Notes: generated by a model not told the origin, from the letters alone. Shown: positions 23,745 through 35,046, counted from the first letter of the stretch. The stretch is 40,496 bases of DNA from Octopus sinensis (GCF_006345805.1 NW_021832514.1:1-40496), one strand, 5' to 3'. Translations and numbers: made by a program.

Positions 23745-23748
23745 TTAC

Positions 23749-23803
<55 letters not shown>

Positions 23804-23832
23804 CATCATTATTATTATTATTATTATTATTA

Positions 23833-23869
<37 letters not shown>

Positions 23870-23886
23870 TACATCAATCATCATCA

Positions 23887-23935
<49 letters not shown>

Positions 23936-24009
23936 CATTATTTTATTATTGTTATTATTATCATCATCTCATTATTATTATTATTATTATTATATTATTA
24001 TCATCATCA

Positions 24010-24046
<37 letters not shown>

Positions 24047-24066
24047 CATCATCATCATTATTATTA

Positions 24067-24097
<31 letters not shown>

Positions 24098-24127
24098 TTA
24101 TCATTATTATCATTATTACTGTTATTA

Positions 24128-24159
<32 letters not shown>

Positions 24160-24160
24160 T
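23745..24160. repeat. Long (TAT)n/(CAT)n array with higher-order repetition
   Basis: Directly visible; source of the poly-I, poly-L and poly-Y ORFs. Confidence 0.95.
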
Positions 24161-24696
24161 TGGTGTTATCTTAATAGTCAATCAAAATCTTGCTTGTTAT
24201 CGGATCATCATTAACACTATCAATAATTAACGAGGCATTCTTATTAAAGGTCAATGAAGTGAACGATCGCATTGTATTATTCTCATTATTTTTTTCATAA
24301 TTATTTTACATTTGCTTTTGTTTATGTTTCTTTCCACATTTTAATGTTGGCAAAAACCGTTTACTTCACCACCACCCTTCTCTCTCTCTCTCTCTCTCTC
24401 CCTTCCTTTCACCCTTTATCTCTCTGTATATCTTTTGGTTGTTGTTCCGTATTGTGTTTTTGTTTTAAATGGAAGCACAAGTATATCTAAGGGAGTCACT
24501 GATCAATATTAATTACAGCATTATTGTATATAGCATTTTAAAAACAACATATATCGATTTACAATTCCTGTGAGTTAATATAAATTTTTAATGGTTTTCG
24601 CGAAAGGGAAAAGAATGTATAGCATTATATATATATATATATAAATATGTACATGCATACACATAAACTCACACACACACCTACATCGACACACAC

Positions 24697-24737
<41 letters not shown>

Positions 24738-24825
24738 TACATATATATAATTATATATAATATATATAGATACATACATACATATACTCACACACCTACA
24801 TAGACAAACACGTATTATATATATT

Positions 24826-25225
24826 TCTTTTATTTGTTTCAGTCATTTGACTGCGGCGGGCGGCCATGCTGGAGCACCGCCTTTAGTCGACCAAATCGAC
24901 CCGGTACTTATTCTTTGGAAGCCTAGTACTTATCCTATCGTTCTCTTTTCGCGCCGAACCGCTAAGTAACGGGGACGTAAACACACCAGCATCGGTTGTC
25001 AAGCGATAGTGAGGGGGGGGGGGAAACACAGACACACAAACATGTACACACATATACATATATATATACATATATACGACGGACTTCTTTCAGTTCCGTC
25101 TACTGAATCCACTCACAAGGCTTTGGTCGGCCCGAGGCTATAGCAGAAGACATTTGCACAAGGTGCCACGCAGTGGGAATGAACCCGGATCCATGTGGTT
25201 GGTAACAAGCTACTTACCACATATC
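24826..25225 (-). mobile_element. SINE family B, near full length
   Basis: Tail-to-head match to the other copies. Confidence 0.9.
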
Positions 25226-25230
25226 CACTT

Positions 25231-25290
<60 letters not shown>

Positions 25291-25719
25291 TGCATATGAT
25301 TTGTTGCTGTCAAACATCCGCTAAAGCTGTGATTAACAGAACCATAATAACATAAACATAATACCTTCCTACCATTTCATATCTCTTCCTTCCTTGAGTT
25401 CTTAACCAAAAACTAATGCCATCTCTTTCCTTCCAACTCACACACTTTGAACATTCCAAAGAGCTGCCAGTTATTTTACAGGTCCGTGTCCCTTTATATT
25501 GCACCACTACTTAAAACGCATTCAATAATGAATTAACTACGAAATGGTCATACTATATGAAGATTTCGCATTTAACGTTTGATAACTGTTTATGTGGTTG
25601 TTTATTCCGTTGATTCCAGTTCTTACTAATGGACTGCAATCGACTGGCACTAAATTGTCGCCTCCTTGCTTCTACCTTAAACATCACAAATGTTGTTGTG
25701 TGTTTAATGAGAAGAGGTA

Positions 25720-26150
25720 GAAGGAAGAAACGGAACAAAAAGTGAAAGAGGAAAATGTAGGGGGAAGAGGAAAAGGAGAAGAACAAAAGCAAGAAGGGGG
25801 GGGACAGGGGTAAAAAGAAGGAGTTAGAGGAGGAAGAGAAGGAGATGAGGAAGAGGGGAAAGAGAAGAAGGAATTAGAGGAGGAAGAGAAGGAGGTGAGG
25901 AAGAATAGCTTAAGGAGGAGGACGATATGAGAGAAGAAGCTGAAGAAAAAGACAATGAAAAACAGGAAGAAGTCATAAGGAGGAGAAGAAAAAGGAGAAG
26001 AAGAGTAGGAGAAAAGAAGGAGGAGTGAATAGGAGAGAAGAAGGATGATGAAGATAGGTTTGGTGAGGAGGAGGCAAGAGAAGAAGAGAAGAGATGACTC
26101 AGAGGAGAGGAGGAGAAGAAGAATAATAGAAGAAGAAGACGACTAACAAC
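25720..26150. repeat. Purine-rich (GA/GGA/GAA) low-complexity tract
   Basis: Directly visible. Confidence 0.9.
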
Positions 26151-26305
26151 ACACAACAACAACCACAACAAGGACAACCAGACACCACAAAACAGCCTGT
26201 TATTTTCGAATTATTATATGTTCCATAACTTGTTTCATTAAAAACCGTTGAAGCTCATTTTTTGACGTAGGGTCACTTTTGGCGAATCTATGTTCCTCAA
26301 TGTCG

Positions 26306-26306
26306 C

Positions 26307-26377
<71 letters not shown>

Positions 26378-26405
26378 GTAGGTATGTAGGAAGATAGATA
26401 GATTA

Positions 26406-26484
<79 letters not shown>

Positions 26485-26515
26485 TATAGATAGACAGACA
26501 AACAGTTAAATACAT
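26306..26515. repeat. (AGAT)n microsatellite
   Basis: Directly visible. Confidence 0.95.
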
Positions 26516-26562
26516 AGATATCTAGACAGCTATTTTGGCGTATATATATATATATATATATA

Positions 26563-27548
26563 GTTATCCGTAATAATGAAGGGTGAAATTAATTAATTTG
26601 GAAAAATTATCAATTACACCAAGTAGTCTTCGGCATGTAAAAGCCTCATTCGAGGAAAATTTAAGTAATACTAAGCAATAAGGGTTTAGCACGAGTTGCC
26701 TTACCACATACCGAATTTAGAAATAGCAGTCAAAGGGTTATAAGCTATTTCTTCTACTAAAAAGGGAGATCTCAGTAAAAACAATCATTTGGAAGGCAGA
26801 CACAAACAGGTAGAGAGAATGAATTGACTGCAATCTATCATACATTTTTTTAGTTATCCACGGACGTACGTTTCGAAATCAAGTTTTAAAGGAAAGCATA
26901 AGAATTAAATATTAAATATTAAATCTTCGGCATGTATTAAGTTCTTCGGCATGTAAAAGCCTAATGGGCTTTTACATGCCGAAGACTACTTGGTGTAATT
27001 GATAATTTTTCCAAATTAATTAATTTCACCCTTCATTATTACGGATAACCATATTTTTATCTCAGTAGATGACCACAGCAGCTTGTTTTGGCTACAACGC
27101 GGGTGGGAAGGGGCTGTTGACACAATCGTTTCAATTCACAAATTGAATTCGGTGATACCAGTTGCGGATTCTAGCTCGCTCTGATACTGAGTGGAGTTGG
27201 TGCCTCTGGTATCTCAAAATTCAATATATAATCATTTATGATTATAGTATTCTACGCTGAAGAGAAAAGAAGTTTCGGTAAGATAGAATTATTTATTATT
27301 TAATATTTAATATTTAATTCTTATGCTTTCCTTAAAACTTGATTTCGAAACGTACGTCCGTGGATAACTAAAAAAATGTATGATAGATTGCAGTCAATTC
27401 ATTCTCTCTTACCTGTTTGTGTCTGCCTTCCAAATGCTGTTTTTACTGAGATCTCCCTTTTTAGTAGAAGAAATAGCTATACCCTTTGACTGCTATTTCT
27501 AAATTCGGTATGTGGTAAGGCAACTCGTTGCTAAACCCTTATTGCTTA

Positions 27549-27551
<3 letters not shown>
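26563..27551. repeat. Interlocked inverted repeats A-B-A'-C-B' (probable PLE-derived rearrangement or assembly foldback)
   Basis: A 26563-26645 is the inverse of 26967-27049 (83 bp); B 26669-26924 is the inverse of about 27298-27551 (about 255 bp); 19-bp perfect hairpin at 26943-26985; (TA)n at both outer ends. Confidence 0.85.
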
Positions 27552-27583
<32 letters not shown>

Positions 27584-27934
27584 TATATATCTTTAATCAA
27601 TTTAATGCACAACCGAAAGAGCTACTAATAGTTTCATGCTTTTATGATACTTCAACAGGAATATTTCTAACATATGCCATGCTTCTTTAAGCAATCTTTC
27701 AGGCTCTGTTTATGCATTAGATATATATTAAAAACTAGAATATGGACAGTGAGAAAATGAAAAAAAAAGCGTTGATAAAATGTGAAGGTCGGTGCAAAAA
27801 AGTGGAACGAGTGAAAAGAAACGAAATTAAGAAAACTAAGATCTTCGCCCTCCGCCATTGCAGAAGGCTCATTAAATACAACTGGTGTAGAACAAAATTT
27901 GCAGAAAATATGTCTAACTCTGCGAGAAAGCTAC

Positions 27935-28336
27935 TCAAATCGGAGCGGGTGTTGTCCTCCAATTCGATAAGAGTAATCTGTCCATGTGGCTACACCTGCT
28001 AAACATTTCCGATCTGGAATAAAGTGGTGTGTTGGAAATGCTGAATCTAAGAAGAATACGCAATCTTTCTACTTCGCATAAGTTGTATTTCATAGATCCA
28101 TTCGCATATGACTGGGATTTCGCCACTATTCTCCACTTAATTGTATATGGTGAGGAACTGCTCTTCAAATTCTATTTGTGGCTAGCCAACTTAGTTGCAT
28201 TACTTTAATCAATGTGCCAGAAAGAATATAAGCGGTTTTCACAACGTCTATTGAATTCTCCCTTACATAACCCGACTCAATTCTTCTTTTCAAATGATTT
28301 GTCTTGGAGTGTAACTGTAACTTCAAATATGAAACT
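27935..28336 (-). pseudogene. Penelope-like element GIY-YIG endonuclease domain remnant
   Basis: One continuous frame with three stops: SFIFEVTVTLQDKSFEKKN*VGLCKGEFNRRCENRLYSFWHID*SNATKLASHK*NLKSSSSPYTIKWRIVAKSQSYANGSMKYNLCEVERLRILL...RSEMFSRCSHMDRLLLSNWRTTPAPI*. This matches the PLE pattern IY..V...Y(I/V)G...F..R..NH..SF...NAT.LS.H.W.LK....Y.IKW...C.LC..EK...RSE....C.H. Confidence 0.8.
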
Positions 28337-28342
28337 TTTAAT

Positions 28343-28405
28343 AGGTTTAGGCACATGGACAGATTTCTGTTTTGGAATTGGAGGGCATCGCCCGCTCCGG
28401 ATTGA
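28343..28405 (+). pseudogene. Second, inverted copy of the PLE ORF C-terminus
   Basis: RFRHMDRFLFWNWRASPAPD* versus RCSHMDRLLLSNWRTTPAPI* on the opposite strand; same length to the stop codon. Confidence 0.7.
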
Positions 28406-29439
28406 GTTGATGTCTTGTAGTGAGTGAACCACTTGAACCTGAAATTAGCGTGTCTATTGAGTGCAGTACAACTGGTACGGTATTTGTAACTACGTGAACC
28501 TTTGAGATTCGTGGTATAATAAGTCGGACGCTTGTGATCGTACATGCAATTTGAATATAAACCCCTCTGTACTTTGGTGTGTACGTATATGTTCCTCTAA
28601 TTCTGTTTTATACACAATAGCAATTTTATTGACCCGACTTTGGTGCTTGAACAGACAGGCAGATTGGCTGGCTGACAGACAGACAGACAGATTAACGTAT
28701 AGGGAAGTTTCAATGAAAACATAGCAATTGATGTATATTTTAAATCCTATAATTACTAGGATTATATTATGATAAACTTTATCGAATCATCAAATTATTA
28801 TTAAAAACACATGGCTTACGCCAATCAACTAATTTAGATAATTTTATATTGATCCTAATTATTTCCAATATTATAAACTGTTCAAAGTTTTCCCTGTGTC
28901 ACAGTGGAACCTCTACATGATAACTTAGAGTCTACGATAGCCGTTAAAACGCCCGACATTTCTATACAAGATACCTCAACAGCACAGTCTAGTTGTTTAC
29001 TGGAGATACCTAATCCGCTGAAAATGAAAATGATTTGGCAAAAGAAATGTTGTGCCTGCGGGAGCAAGACTGAAATTGAAATTCTCGATAAGCAATGCAA
29101 TTAAATAGCTGCAAGTGTTGAAGTTGTTACAGCTATATCTAGTTCACTATAAGGGTCACCACGTGGAGGGTTAGGAGAAAAGCATGATAAAAGTTTGCTC
29201 AAAGAGAACCCGGACGTTCCAAAATAACTTCTGCGCTGCTGAACAATTGTATGTATGGCGGGGATTGAACTGCCCTCGCTACCATCAATACAAAGTATGT
29301 ACTAACATGAGTCACTTTTGGCGAAGTTATGCTCCTCCATGTAGCTTACTGTGAGAGGAACATCTTGGAGTCCAAACAGGTTTCGCTGATTTGCTTATAA
29401 CACTTACCAGAAGAGAAGAGATATGGGATCGATATAAAT

Positions 29440-29610
29440 ATATATATAGTTAATCTAAACATGAAAACAGAAAGAGAAAACACAACAACGCGAGGACGTG
29501 GAACAAGTATAGTGTTATTGACGCTCAGAAAGAAAAGAAAGGGGATTTGACGTTTTCGAGCGGAGCTCTTCGTCAGGAACGTAGAAAAAGGAAAGGGCCA
29601 AGGAAGGGAA
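29440..29610 (-). mobile_element. PLE-type terminal-repeat fragment (second subfamily)
   Basis: Shares the GAGC/GCTC-GAAA-CGT motif and the downstream CTGAGCGT with 690-884 and 38125-38318. Confidence 0.5.
29545..29580 (-). ncRNA. Minimal hammerhead-like motif with canonical CUGACGA core (degenerate stem I)
   Basis: Minus strand GTTC-CTGACGA-A-GAGC(TCC)GCTC-GAAAA-CGTC-AAAT; one extra A after GAAA and poor stem I pairing. Confidence 0.45.
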
Positions 29611-29743
29611 GACGGAGGAATAAAATCGCCAACGATACACACGCGGTCACATATTGAATGACCGGAAGGGAATGGGTGAAGAAAAAGTTCCTTTCAAAGA
29701 CAGGAGCCGGCATGGTGAGAAGGTGTGAATGGCTGTCTATGTG

Positions 29744-29798
<55 letters not shown>

Positions 29799-30101
29799 GA
29801 TATATTATAATCTATATTATATATATATATATAATATGTATATATATATATATAAATATATATGTTTGTATATGTATAATACTATATTACCTGTATATGT
29901 AATATTACATTTATATACACACACACGCATTCATACATACACACACACTTTCAAACACGCATTTACTCTTATACGCACACAACACATACATTTGCACATT
30001 CATGCACATATACTCTCTTCCCTACACTCTCACATACATTCCCACACACGTACAGATATACACACTGGCACACAAAAATGCCGTTAAGAAACGGCATCAA
30101 G

Positions 30102-30175
30102 ATGGCAGCCATCACAACTCTGGTCACTTTCCTAATTCTGTTGTTTAGATCAAATTCCTGCGAGATCACTGGAAG
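30102..30175 (+). CDS. Candidate first coding exon with a signal-peptide-like sequence (MAAITTLVTFLILLFRSNSCEITG)
   Basis: Good Kozak context aagATGG, hydrophobic h-region, weak donor AAG|GTTTTA in phase 2; no homology recognised. Confidence 0.25.
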
Positions 30176-30359
30176 GTTTTATAAATGATCAAATTGCAAA
30201 GATCAAATAGTTTTTTTTTGTATTCTTGCTGCTAATGAAGTTGTTGTTGGTTTTTGCTTTAATCTAAATTCCGCTGGACATGATTGACAATTCAATACCT
30301 GCAACTAACAAAAATCAATATCGCTAATCCGTTTTGAAATCTGTGATTATTTTCAATTA

Positions 30360-30380
30360 CCCTCCTTCTTCCTCCCTTCC

Positions 30381-30415
<35 letters not shown>

Positions 30416-31030
30416 TTATGCCTTTTCTCCCTCTTTTTCTCATGCTTTCTATCTCTCTTTCTCACTCACCCTCTCTCTTCTTCCTCCCATCCCATTCTCT
30501 CTCTCTCTCTCTTATGTACTTTTTCCTCTTTTTCTCCTGCTTTCTCTCACTCTCTCTTTCTCACTCACTCTCTCTCTTCTTCCTCCCTTCCCATTCTCTC
30601 TCTCTCTCTCTTGTGCACTTTTTCCCTCTTTTTCTCCTGCTTTCTCTCTCTATCTCTCTTTCTCACACACACACACACTCTCTCTCTGTCTCTCTCTCGC
30701 TTTCTCTTTCTCTTTTTCTCTCTTTTCCTCTCTCTCTTTCTCTATCTTTTCCTTTCTATCTTTCACTCTCCCTCTCGAGAAAGAATCCCTCTTCTGTATT
30801 CTCTATCTTTCTTTCTTTTTGATATTCTTGCTCTCCGTGTCTCACCCTTTATTTCTTTGTGTATCTCTCAGTTTCTTTTTCTCTCTCAATATAGCTTTTT
30901 GGACATTCCCACCCTTTCTGCTTGACTTCTGAAGTATCCTCTCACTTTCTTCCCTCTCTCTTTCTCCTTCCTTCCTCCCACCTCCCCCTCCCCCTCTCTC
31001 TCTCTCTTGCTCAAACTCATTTCTCTCAGC
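30360..31030. repeat. CT-rich tract containing a ~100-bp unit repeated three times (about 30370-30670)
   Basis: The unit cccattctctct...cttatg...tttttctcctgctttct...tctcactcac...tcttcttcctcc recurs three times. Confidence 0.85.
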
Positions 31031-31158
31031 TCTAAATCTTTCGATGTTATTTTGTGTTTTTGTTTTGTTTATATATGTTAACATTAATGCATGTTAGACA
31101 CGATTCTCTTCATGTCTTCTGAATACGCTCTTCTCTCCTTCCTCTTCTGCATTCACAG

Positions 31159-31234
31159 CAACTGGCAATGTCAATCAACTTATTGTATACAACACAAAAC
31201 CCATGAGCATGTGATTTCACCGCAACAAGGATTG
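31159..31234 (+). CDS. Candidate internal exon (76 nt, phase 2 to 0: NWQCQSTYCIQHKTHEHVISPQQGL)
   Basis: Strong acceptor (polypyrimidine tract plus TTCACAG) and donor TTG|GTAAGC; only the phase-2 frame is open. Confidence 0.3.
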
Positions 31235-31443
31235 GTAAGCAATTTGCTGCAAACAACTGACAACGATATTCAACAAGCTTCCAAATGCAATACATAAAAG
31301 AATATAATATATATATAAACGAACATGGCACTTTTGGCTAAAGAATAGTACAAGAACAAGGCGGGCTTCATTACTTGCCATGTTTTCAGCATCAGAAATA
31401 ACTCCATTAATTTGCAAAATGGTGATGTATATATATTATATAT

Positions 31444-31538
<95 letters not shown>

Positions 31539-31565
31539 ATATATACATACATACATACATACATA

Positions 31566-32610
31566 CAGGGTGCGATGGTTAAATTGACCCCGCTATTGTA
31601 TATTCTCAATTACGTGCATGGGACATTGTTTTGTTTTTGATTTTGTCGACTACATAGTAAGTAGGGTCAGTTGTGCACCGTTTGTGAGAAAACACAACAC
31701 CATGACGTAGTTCTTTTTGCCAGAAATTTGGAAACGATATGCTGTACTGCTTGGCATTCGCGCCGGAAGCTCCAATAAGAACTTTTCAGATTGTGTGGGT
31801 GTCAATTTGAATACATTCAGAGGATTCGGAAAGATTTCGGAAAATCGCTCTGATAAGAAAAGAATTCCTGAATTTGTTGGTGAGATCCAGGCCATAATTT
31901 TCAAAGATCTCTCCAAGTCAATGAGGCTCATCGCCAGAGACATGTGAGCTCTGAGTTTCTAACAAGCAGGTAGGGAGTGCATAAAGAAATTCGGTATTCC
32001 TCATACAAGATGAGAAAGGTCCATCAAGGACAAGAGGAATGACCGCGCTACGAAGCTTTTGAACAAACTCAATCGTCCCTTACAACTGGACATGCTTTGA
32101 TTTTTCTCAGATGGGAAACATTTCTGCTAGGATCAGATATGAAGAATACGGAACAACCGTTGGCTACCGTATCCCGAAAACATGTATCGAGAGTGATTAA
32201 AATCAAACATCTAGTCAATATCAACGTGTTTGGAGTTATCACTAGTGATGTCGACGTTATGCTGCCATTCATCTTCCCACGCGGCGTCAGACTCAACACG
32301 GAGGCCTACATCAAGTGCCTGGTTGAGGTAGTGCTGTCCTGGTTCAAGAGAGTGGCTGCTGGAAAACCCTATGTCTGGCAACAGGACTCTGCACTATGCC
32401 ACACAAGCAGGAGAACCCAGTGATGGTTGTCAGACAATTTCTGTGATCACTTTACCCCTAACATCGGGACTGCAACCCCCTTGATTATAATGTGTGGGGC
32501 GCAGTTGAGGGAGTGACAAAAAAAAAACTCCTTGTAATAGCTAAGACGAACTGAAGGCAAGGATTATAGCAGCATTCACCAACTTAAACCAGGAGACCGT
32601 CCAGAGACAT
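31566..32610 (+). pseudogene. Decayed Tc1/mariner (maT/DD37D-like) transposon
   Basis: Left end TA|CAGGGTG; N-terminal DNA-binding-like region (ORF 31717..31947); catalytic motifs FFSDGKHF, VFGVITSD, VWQQDSALCHT and DCNPLDYNVWG spread over shifted frames with stops. The right TIR is missing, and a deletion prevents counting the D-D spacing. Confidence 0.85.
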
Positions 32611-33189
32611 GAAGGTAAAGAAAAAAATTAAATTGGAAATTACAGTCCGCCACCTGCTTTGTTTCCAAACAGAAATGAAACGGAAAGTTTAAAACTATAG
32701 ACAGACCATAGTTAAGTTCCAGATTCGGTAATTTTGTGAATAAAGGGTTCAACGTTGGTTCTATGTCAGCGTGTGTATATAAGAATTTTTTGCGTAATGA
32801 GATAAAAAACCAAGGCTGTGTAGATATTAGAACATTTATAGATAGAAGGTCTTACAGCTGTTTCTAGAATATTAATTAATAATAATATCCTTTCATCGGA
32901 GACGGTGTGAAAGGAAAAATTAAGTCATAGTTAGTTTCGATGTGATACAAATAGAGAGTGAGGTGGAGGAAAGAAAACATATGCGAGATATGTATGGATA
33001 TCGAAGTTGCAAATCCATTTTTTATGCAAAATGGTATATATGTAATATTCCAATACCCTATGAGTAAAGTCCAAAAGTCCAACAGAGTTTTAAATAGGTC
33101 CTTCCAAATATAGAGTTCATACGCAATGTAAGTTTCCCTTATGAGTGAGATGCAGCAGTTTTTAAACTTGGATTTCATTCCAAATAGAG

Positions 33190-33257
<68 letters not shown>

Positions 33258-33260
<3 letters not shown>

Positions 33261-33676
33261 GACGGGCTTCTTATATATGAGAGGCTTTTTTCAGTTTCCG
33301 CTACCTAATCCATTCACAAGACTTCGGTAGGCTCAATGCTACAGTAGAGAGCATTTGTCCCAGGTATCGCGTAGTGGGACTGAACCCGGAACTATGTGAT
33401 TGGGAAGCAAGCTTCTTATTTCTTTATTACCCACAAGGGGCTAAACATAGAGGGGACAAACATGGACAGACAAACGGATTAAGTCGATTGCATCGACCCC
33501 AGTGCGTAACTGGTACTTAATTTATCGACCCCAAAAGGATGACAGGCAAAGTCGGCCTCGGCGGAATTTGAACTCAGAACGTAATGGCAGACGAAATACC
33601 GCTAAGCATTTCGCCCGGAGTGCTAACGGCTCTGCCACATCGCTGCCTTCTTACCAAACAGCCACGCCTGCGCCTA
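33258..33676 (-). mobile_element. SINE family B 5' half, interrupted by a family A copy
   Basis: The family B head resumes as ccaaacagccacgcctgcgcct after the insert. Confidence 0.85.
33419..33646 (-). mobile_element. SINE family A monomer nested in family B, 7-bp TSD CTTCTTA
   Basis: CTTCTTA at 33412-33418 and 33647-33653. Confidence 0.85.
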
Positions 33677-34299
33677 TATCTACAGACTATAACAATTCTG
33701 AATTTGTTAGAATACCAGTAGGAAAAAAATAGTTAAATAAAAAAAAGTGGTGTTTCCATCATTTTGTCAACTAAATTTCAATCACAAATCTGAACATTGT
33801 TGGTTGCACCCCAGCAGAATCGAAACTGAGAAGCGCCATTAAACCACCGCAAACTTTTACAGCGAAGCAACGATGACAATTCCTTTCCTTTTAATTTATA
33901 TATATGCTTTCGACATCATGCTTCCGTCTGACATATCTAATTTCTGAGCCTCATTATCAATAATGATTTTATTCAGCTATAATAATAAATTACAACGGTG
34001 CGAAGTTGATCGAAGCTACAAACTAGAAAAGATCGCATTCTCAACGTGTCTCTCTCCAAGATGTTGCTATGAGCAAAATGTCCTCTCACGTCATAAAGTC
34101 TCTCTCTCATCCCCCCATCGTCCTCACCCTCTCTTCCCTGACTGTCACTCTTACTGGCGTGCTTGAACGTCGTTTCCGGTAGCTTGTCTATTTCTTGCGA
34201 AAATTCTGAATTTATGATGATTGTTTCCGCAGTCTTCCGTTTGTTCGTTATTTCTTTTGGGAATTTTTACTTAATCTTATCTATAAGAAGAAATTACGT

Positions 34300-34306
34300 C
34301 GCGCGC

Positions 34307-34337
<31 letters not shown>

Positions 34338-34372
34338 TGTGTGTGCGTGCGTGTGTGTATGTGTGTGTGTGG
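34300..34372. repeat. (CG)n followed by (TG)n alternating purine-pyrimidine tract
   Basis: About 11 uninterrupted CG units, then (TG)n. Confidence 0.9.
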
Positions 34373-35046
34373 TTTGAACCACAGAAGCCTAATTTATCTC
34401 ATACCCTTGAGTTTGCAATAGATTTTGAATATAGTAAGAATGAGCACTCGCAGCCCGTCCCCCTCTTTCTCTGTCTGTCTATTTCTGTATGTCTGCCTGT
34501 CTGCTTGTCTGTCTGACTCTTTCTGTCTCTCTCTCTCTCTGTTTCCACAAACACAGACAAACTCACTCGCACTGCCTTGTTCGCTCTCAATCACAATTTT
34601 GAGCGTATGTATGTGAATGTATGTGTGTGTATGTGTGCGTGTGTGTGTGTGTGTGTGTGTGCATAATATATTTATACATACACATAAACCCCCCTACACA
34701 CACATCTATATATATAAACATAAATTCAGAATGTATGAGAAATGAATATAATTTTATATAACCACGTATCGTCCTTAGGATTACAGCTCTTTCGTAACCT
34801 TCTTAGTGCATAAATTTCAGTAAAGAAATTACACGTACATGATTGCATCGATATATATCCTCATCATTATACGCTGTAATTGTATACACAAAAATCAGTA
34901 CAAATCAATAAAGTTAGGACATCAGATTACCAGAACATCATAGTTCTATCCACAGTTGAACTCCAGATATTCACGGACAAAATTATATTGATATGATCAG
35001 AAAAATAGAAACAATAAAATGAAAGAATGTACTGTTGTTCTATTAT

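Noticed and set aside
28901-28930. CAGTGGAACCTCTAC, resembling a pogo/Tigger TIR
   Set aside because: It is preceded by CA rather than TA, and no partner TIR or transposase similarity was found.
1918-33732. Recurrent ORFs of the type MRNWYLIYRPRKDERQSRPRRNLNSE and ...GTEPGTMWLGSKLLTTQP
   Set aside because: They are antisense read-throughs of SINE families A and B, not a gene family.
33975-34262. ATG-less open frame of about 96 codons on the minus strand with acceptor-like and donor-like sites
   Set aside because: All three frames hit stops just after the candidate acceptor, and no homology was recognised.
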